A stretch of DNA of 64,000 nt from Tubiluchus corallicola. Taxonomy: Eukaryota > Animalia > Priapulida. The position numbers were made by a program, and so were the translations under genes. Location of the stretch: positions 620,001-684,000 of the forward strand of contig JAQGDQ010000026.1 in assembly GCA_030141605.1 (NCBI GenBank). Direction: 5' to 3'. This document shows positions 43,001 to 52,000 of this stretch, piece by piece. The notes beneath the pieces are model-generated. The model saw only the letters and a program-made list of their open reading frames with translations. It made no database searches and was not told where the DNA came from. Numbering within the stretch: the stretch's first letter is position 1; each line of letters starts with the position of its first letter.

Positions 43001-46000
43001 ATAGATACACCAAACGTATCTCTAGAACACAGTGGTGCAGATGTTGGCAAAAGCAACGAAGAAAAAAGAGATCTTGGAGAAGTTAGTCTAAAACTACTAG
43101 ATCAAATGTCTGTGGCTGCCGGGGTGACAGCGCAAGAAAAACGCAGCAGAGAGGCCAAGCTTCCACCACGACCCCCATCTCGACGCGGGCACACTGTTGT
43201 TGAGGTGCCCACTTACACGGAAAAGCGCATATTTTCGTTGACTCATAAACTGCTTCCCGGAGTACTGCTACCACCACGTAAGTAGTGAATAGCTTAGAGG
43301 CTTTTGTTTTTCGGTACATTTTCAACTTAATTGTTTAATGGAGTTATTTAAATGAGTGTTTATCTTTTACAGAAATGAGCCTCAGTCAGCTGATATCTAT
43401 TTTGCAAGATGTTGGACTACCTGCTGGCCATCCTGTTCTTGAGCTGCAGTTAGCCATGGAAAAGAAAAAAGTAAAAACCACGCCATTAGATACAACTAAA
43501 GACCTGTTTAGATCTGATCTGCAGAAAAAACCTAAAGCCACAATTTCGGAAATGACTAAGGATAAATTTTATTCTGGTAATGTATCAGTTTTTAAAATGC
43601 ATATTTTAAAATGCACAAGGCCTATCCAGTTTTAATTTTTAATAGCCAAACCTGGTAATCAATAATGTGCAAACATTCTACATAGTCTTTCCTTACTTCT
43701 TTAATGCTGGTAATAGGCTAACCGACCTTTATAATGTAATAACGTCATAGCAGCTGCAGCTTTTAAGGTTAGTAAGCAGAGTATAATGGGTTGATGTCAT
43801 GAACAACTGCTTAACGTCACCTAGTCTTCCATGCTGTGAGAATTGTCCAAAATCTAGCCTGTAACTAACATGCAGCATGTAAGTTCTATACCAACCACTT
43901 AGACACAGTTCTTCCTCTTTCCAAAGAACTGTAAAACGCTCAAAGACCTCCATAAAGTGCTGCACAAACATTTTACGGATGAGAACCTACAGTGTTTATT
44001 ATACCTTACACTGAATGCTCTTTCCAGTGATACGTAGTGCACCATCTCTTGCAGTCCTGTTCTTCTATGTCTCTTTTTTGAGGGTTTTTTTTGCTCATCA
44101 GACATCCCTCGTTGGAAAATAAGCTCTCTATGCGACTATGAGAGACCGAGGTAACTGGCTCAGAAGTTGCTGAAAAAATCATGGCACATTGTGTAAGTCT
44201 ATAAATAAATGAATAAATATGAAAGTGTACTTTTAGAATAAATTTGCAGTTAGATTACTTATTATGGGCAGAATTAAATGATCTACAGCATTTTTCTTGT
44301 TTTATTTCTACATGAAGTCTAGAAACAAAATTTTGTAATTCCCAAATGTATTTTTTGGTGCTTAGTTAACGTTTGTTTTAGCTGGTTAATCAGATTTTCT
44401 CTTTTTTTTTGTTTTCACAGGCTATGACAGCTCTGCTTCACAAGACAAGTTGCTTGCAGAGAAGTCAGATTTACTGGATTCAAAACCTTACCCTACTGCT
44501 CTTCAAGTGTTTGCCAGCGTTGGAGGTCTAGCTCTTCTTGCTGAGCATTTACCCTTGTTGTACCCGGAGATAGCACAGGGTGTACCAGCTGTGGTCTCAC
44601 AAGAGAGAACTATGGATAATGGCATCGGACCTGAATGGGTTAAAGTTGAGTCAGAAGAGTATTATGAGGTGAAAATTTTATTCTTAATTATGATTAATTA
44701 TTATGAACTTTGTAATTATTTATTTTTTTATCATGTTGCATTGTTGTATGATTTAAAATCAGATATATGTAGCTTCTGAAATAGTGAGAATGATGACACT
44801 TTTTCCAGCGCGTAAAAATTTTTGTTACGTGCATTTTTTCAAATTCACGGACTTGATAAGTGCTACTAGAATTAAAACTTGACTAACTCCAATACAGCGT
44901 TATTTAAAAAAGAGGTGCATCAGAATTTTATTTTTTAACATGTCAAGTATTTTGTTTAATTTAGTATTGAGTCTTCGTGGATTTGACTTTTGGCTTTGCC
45001 GATGGTCTCATTCCCGCACCTCCCAACTATAATCTTGTGGTTTGTTGAGATAAAGGCACTTCAAATGTGTTTTTCTGTCAATTAGGATATACAAGACATG
45101 GCAATGGGAGGTGGTAAGGGAGGTGGATTGTCCTCTCAGGCTGGCACGCTAGCCATTCCTTCAATTCCTCCGCATTCACTTGTTGCATTTGGCCTGTTTC
45201 TTCGGTTACCCGGTTACGCTGAGGTATTGTTAGTAGAGAGAAAAAAAGCTCAGTGCTTGCTGCGTTTGGCACTAGGTGTCACTGATGATGGAGAAGGTGG
45301 TAAGTAAACCTGCCTGCATTCTACAAAATGATGATTCTTACTCGATAATTATAGCGATTTTATACAAAGCTGAGGTTACTTGCATTTTTAGAAACTTGCA
45401 CTACTCAGTGGAAGGCCTGCTGTGATATTGGTCGTGGTTTGTAATCTGATTTGTAATCCAAAAATGCTTAGTTCAAATCAGAGCATATTCTCAACTTTTT
45501 AGTAGTTCCTTTATTTTAAATAAATTTGGTTTTAAAAAAACTTAGTAATCGTGGAAGCGTTTCATCATTGTGGTACCACATTTATGAGAAGACAGCTATG
45601 TTTGCTGATGTGATTGCAAAGATTTTGACATATCCATAAGAACAGGAATTAGCCAAGTAGTAACATATTGTTTAGCTTATTTCACATAAAGAGCAAATAA
45701 CCTCTAGTCTATTTTACCAGAACATCTATTATAACTATATAGGTTAATAGTTAGTAATTTTGGGATTTTCCAATATTAATATTGGCATTCTATAATCAAG
45801 AATATAAATAGTTCATGGTAAGAGTGTCCTGCATTTATCTTAACATTGCACCAGTGTAGCACAGTTTCAAGATTTTGAGTGTTTTTGTTTTGTTTAATGA
45901 ATTACTGGGTAAAGATCTGTTCTGAATAAATTATGCTGTATTTAGGGGAGAAGAACTCTGTGTACTGTGTACCAATTTTAATCTCTAGCTACCTTTGTCA

Positions 46001-49000
46001 GTTTACCCAATGTAAGCAATGCATTATTTTTATGCAGAGTTTGAGAATTAAATCTCGTATTGTATTTTTTACAAATGCTTATATCAGATTTGTATAGAAA
46101 AAAATTGTAGAACTTATGTCTCCTGGCTTATTCCATGTTTGTTTATTGTAGGAGACATATTAACGGGTCCATTAGCCGGATCTTTATCCATACTTCCATT
46201 TCAAGTTTTGTGTAATCTGTTTGACAATATGTCTCTGCGCTCTGAGGATGGCCTATTGCTGCGTCAGATGACACTGGACATTGGTGCTCTTCATCTGATT
46301 TTGGCTTGTCTGTCTGTTCTGAGTCATCACGCTCCTCGAGCTGTGGTTCCAGGTTACATGTCAGAGGTATGTATAGAAAATTATTGCAGAGTGAAAAAAT
46401 TGATTCCAGAGATAAGTGTTGTTGTTATTGTTATTGTTGTAGCTATTGTTATTGTTAGATAACTCCATAAAACTAGAGTTAGAGAAGATGAAGGAATTGA
46501 TTAATTAATGAATTCAAACAAATTTTCTAGCAGTTTATAGAGCTGCTTAGAATTAGTAAACAGTTTCTCAAAATTGTGCTTAACTAGTGTAGTGCCTTTT
46601 TTCTTTAACATTTGTAGTACTAATAGTTTACTAAGTATCTGATATGTTTTCTGTTCAGGACTGCTTTAACCTGTAATTAAGTTACGTGGAAATGAAACTG
46701 AAAATAAAAGAAAATAGTCGCTTGTTTCGATTTAATTTCTTACGTTTTTTCGGCTAAATTATTTCAATGAAGTCCTGAGATCAAATATTTCAGTTATGTA
46801 ATTGAATTTTAATTTGATTGTTCCTTTTTATAGTTATCATTTCTGACTACCCAGTATGCTTCGTACAGCCAATCTCTGGGCAGCAAAGATGCTTCAGCAG
46901 CTAATGAAGATAAGTCACACCTGTACTGGGCTAAGGGAACAGGATTTGGTACCGGATCAACAGCTTCTGGATGGGACATAGAGCAATCACTGTCTAAGCA
47001 AAAAATTGAAGAGGAACATGTGACACATTTGCTTCTGGTTTGTTATTTTCTGCTATTGAAGCTTTATTAATGTGAAGATAGGTCATGCCAGGTAACGTGA
47101 AAAGTTTATTCTGAATTTGTGTCGCAGTTCTATAATAGAGAAAACAAAACCTGTGGCTTTTCTTGCATAGAAATATTTATGAGTGTTGTTATTTCTTTTT
47201 AGCTTTTGTTACTAAGATTATTTGAAGGCTGTAGAAATTCATAGTGGTATATTTTTTACATCTATACCGCTTCTCTCTTAATATAAATGAGCCACAGAAA
47301 GAAATCAAAAGAACAACATTTAAATTGAAATGAATATAACAAGTTTTTTCAGAATTTAATATTTCAATTTTTTGTGTATCCTAGTTCAGAAAAGTCTTGG
47401 TACAAAATTAGCATGCTTGTTCGTTTTTATTTTTTAAAAGTTTATGTTTTGCAAACTAATAGTTTTATTCTGTTAGTAATTCACATAATCCTGTCAATGC
47501 GTAGCAACAAATCTGTAAAACAAAAATAGTCATAATTTTAATTAATCGTTACACATGGAATTATTGTCCAATTTTGAGCTGCTTTTTCCTTTATTTTCCT
47601 TTTGATTTCTTCCATTATGTTTAAAATAAATTGAATATCGTATAGATGTACATATTTATTTGTTGACTATATATTGTCGTAGGTGCTTGCAAGTTACATC
47701 AACCCTGGAGGAGCAGATGTGGTCGAGAGTGATGTTATTGACGAACTAGCAGACCATCATCAAAGATTACCAGCGGTGTTGCCGGAGCTTTTGGATCAGT
47801 CCTGTCTTATTCCTGCAGTTGCTTCGTATTTGCGCAATGATTCGGGTAAATCTTTACACATCTTATTTTTTTTACTGTTTTTGAAAAACACTCAGGGTGT
47901 GTTATATTTTCGAATAAAAATTAAACATTGACAGACAACTAGGTTGCAATGATTATTATTTATCCTTTAAAGTGTAGAGATAGACATTTTACATGTATGT
48001 ATAGATAATATTGTGTATCTATGCTTTTTTGTATTCTTAATTTCACCCTTTCCATCTCCATGAAAATTTTTGGCTTTAGTAAGACACTAACTGTATCTGG
48101 CTGATTCTAAATTGTTTACCATATCTTCACTGGCTTACAGTCTTGCACAATTTCGTATTTTTTATGTTTAAATATTTAATGATAATTTTCAGTATTGGAC
48201 ATAGCCCGCCATGTACCCTTATATCAATCAGTGTTGACGCTAGTCAAAAGCCTTGCTGTCTGTCCATCATTGGTACAATTACTTCTACCACCCGAGGACG
48301 AAAAGGATGGAGATTCCACTACCTCACTGTCTGCTCTTTTAGATAAGCTTAAGTCATGCGTTGACACGTATGCTTCACGACTGAAGTAAGTTACAAACCG
48401 ACAAAACGTTTAGCTTTGTATTTTTAAACTGCATTATAATTTTTATTTTTTGATAAGTATTTACAAAAAAATGTCTTCTCTGTGTAGATGTAAACCATTT
48501 ATTTCAATTTTGTACAAATTAAATTGAATTTAGTTGGCTAGGGATGTTCGAATTCCCATTTTCTGTTTTTCCTATCTTTTAATGTTTTAAAATTTTTGTG
48601 TACTTCTAGTCAAATAAAAATTATCTGATTTACCAAAAAATGTGTTTTTGTAGAAACTTGTACAGCCTGCGGATTAGGACAATAATATAATTAATAAATG
48701 TACTAATTCAGAAACTTCAGAATTTTTCTAAGAAGATCCTTTTCTTCATGTGCTAGTTTTTCTAGGCCTAAATAGGAAACATCACAAGTCACAACTATAC
48801 CTAATTCTTTATACTTTTCCAAGAACAAATAAAACCAAGGGTAAGAGTTTAACCAAAGATCAACAAGAGGAGAGCGAGGGTCTGGCTCAGCTGATTCCTG
48901 CTATAGAGAAAACCAGTCAGTTCGTTCATCTCGCAACAGAGCAGCTAAAGAGGCAGCGAGAGAGGAACAGTTTATCGGATACCAACGGAGAAGAGAAAAC

Positions 49001-52000
49001 AGGAAGAAAGGATGAATCAGATCAAGAAGATTTGTATTGCAGAATAATGAAAGAACTGCAGTTTGGTGAATATAGTTTTTCTTGCACTTGAATATTTTAC
49101 TTGATGACTGTACTTTGCTTTGTCACTAAGGAATCTCGGGTGTTACTAAACATTGTATTTCATTTTTTTAATTCAAGTGAATTTACTTGGAAATAAGTTA
49201 GTGCCGCTCTGAGAATTGACGTTGTCATAAAAGAACAAAAAGTCAAGAGGTTTAAGTCTGAAGACTAGTCAAGCTAGTTTTCAAGATCTAGCTTACATCA
49301 ACTTGAATCCAGCCGATGATGGCTGTGAGGGACGAAAGCCTGAGGAGAAAATAGATTTTTGAATAATAACTTTTGTTTTGAATATCTAGCCACTGTTACT
49401 TATTTATGATACTTGTTAGTTTTTAGAATTTTCTGATTTTTCATGGTGCTTTCATAGTTTTCAATTAAAAAAATAGAAATTTGTTGACTCGTTTATTATT
49501 ATGTACACAATTAATTTGATTTACTGTTTCGTGTTTCGAGAATGCTACAGCCTTGTTTGGATTGTCATCATCAGATTGTACGAAAAATTTATGAAAACAT
49601 ACATCTATCTTATTTTTTAAAGATACATATCAAATTGTTATGGAGGATGATAATGGTCTACTGAAGTTTTGCTTACCACATCATTATGAGTCGTACATGA
49701 AGACAGCTGGTGATATTAGCAATCCAGCACGTGCTCGAAGGCTTGCTCAAGAAGCTGTAACATTGTCTACATCCCTACCCTTATCTACATGCAGCAGTGT
49801 GTTTGTACGATGCGACGAAGAACGACTGGATCTGATGAAGGTATTTAATCTTCCTTTAACTACTTTTCTGTTTGACAACTTTGACAATTGAGATGTATAA
49901 CAGTGTTGTGTATTACACTATAGTGTTTGTTAACTGTAGTCTCTTGCACATTACACTGGGTACCTACAATGTCAAACACATGCAGCCAAATTTGGGTAGT
50001 TTCTTAAGCTGAGTACGTTGGCAGGAGTGTCATTTTCCATTTGAATTTTTACATTCTTATGACCTCATAGTAGACGAATAAGTGAATGTATGAGTGAATA
50101 ATTTAGGGATGTTTTGAAGGTCTTCCAGAACTGGAGATTTAAAACTGAAACCGAATCGGAGTTTTGATTCAATTCGAATTGCTGAAGTTTTTAGGCACTT
50201 TAGATCCGGCGCGATCTGACAGACTTTTTTAGTTTTTAAAAAAATTGCTTTCACTTGGTTCGGTAGCGTTGTATTACAAAGGCAATTATACACTATTTTA
50301 GATATCCGGATTAGATAATTATGTTAAACTGAGGTTCAGATTTGATCCGGATTCGAAAGTTGTCATAAAATAAAATTCGGTTTAGATTCAGATTTGCTAA
50401 TTTCAGATTCGTGACATCCCTAGAATAATTCTGCTAACATGTTTTGATTTTATCATTATTTATTTTAATTTAGCTCTAGCTTTGTTGCAATAATTTGTGG
50501 TTGGCATAATTCTGCATTATACGAAAGTACAAATTATGTGAATTTTTTATTTTACAGGTATTAATAACTGCTCCAACTGACACGCCTTATGCTAATGGCT
50601 GCTTTGAGTTTGATGTTTATTTTCCTCCGGATTACCCAAACTCACCGATGTTAGTCAATCTAGAAACCACCGGTCAACATACAATTCGTTTTAATCCTAA
50701 TTTATACAATGATGGTAAAGTTTGTCTCAGTATTCTTAACACTTGGCATGGACGGCCAGAAGAGAAGTGGAATTCTCAAACATCTAGTTTTCTCCAAGTA
50801 TGTAGCTTTTTTCAAATTATAGTCCAACTCAAATGTTAATTGCATATACTGTAAGCTGTAAATTAATGCGTGCTGGAAATGTTCAGAAATTTTGCGAGGG
50901 AGGTCTTACCTATGATTTGTAAGAATGTAGATTACTCTTGCCTTTTTATAATGCCACTCCACAGTATTGTAAAAGGAAAAACTTTTATTAAGAACCTTAA
51001 TACAAAAAATATTAAAATCGTTACAAACCTTTCGACTGCACAGCCTCGCAGTCATCTTCAGTCTGAGGAGTTTACAAATAGTAACCAGTTTTATAGATTG
51101 AGCCTACAGTATATGAAAATAAATAATTATGCACATGGGAGCCAAAGATATAGTAAGACAGACAGTCGAGAAAAGCGATAAACAGTGAAAATGTAGTCAG
51201 GTGTTTGATGAAAACGATTGTACAATATAACACCATTATAGTGAACTTGGTTTATTTTGTGCATGCTGGTAATGCAAACTCTCAAAGAAAGAACAAATGA
51301 CTTTTTATCATTCATTTAACTAATATGAATATAGCGTACTTGGTTGTTGCATATTGCAGACTTTCTGTAGAGACCATTGCCTGCATTACTATATATTTAC
51401 AAGTTTTTATTGCATAATTTACCTTTGCCAGCTATTTGCAAATTAATTTACAATTAAATTTAACTTGCCTTTCTTGGTGCTGCAAAAACAGACCTTATAA
51501 GTAGTCTAATGTGTTAATATATTTGTCATTTAACCGATAATTAGATTAAGTTTAGGTGCAATTAACTGGATTAGAAAAGTACATAATTGATTTTGATTTT
51601 AATGATTCCTTCTACAGGTGTTGGTTTCAATACAAAGTTTAATACTTGTGGCTGATCCGTATTTTAATGAACCTGGGTATGAGCGTTCTCGAGGAACCCC
51701 GTCTGGTATGCAGAGCTCTCGTGAGTACGATTCTAACATTCGACAAGCAACTGTAAGGTGGGCAATGCTTGAGATGTTGAGAAACCCACCAGCTTGCTTC
51801 AGAGAGGTATTCACGTCAATTTCATTTTGACTGTTATTCTTGTAGTTTTATTGTACAAAGTGTTAATAACTTAAGTTAAAAATTAGGTGAATGTTTTGTA
51901 AAATCACCAGTAAAAAGGCTATTCTCATTGCTTTATTAAAATAGACTTCAGTAAGATGTTTCAAGGCATGCTAGCATCATCTTCAGTTTCACAACCTCAT

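Noticed and set aside
50567-50575. UBC motif ITAPTDTPY instead of the usual ITGP.DTPY
   Set aside because: A single small-residue change; the catalytic Cys and NPNLY motif are intact.
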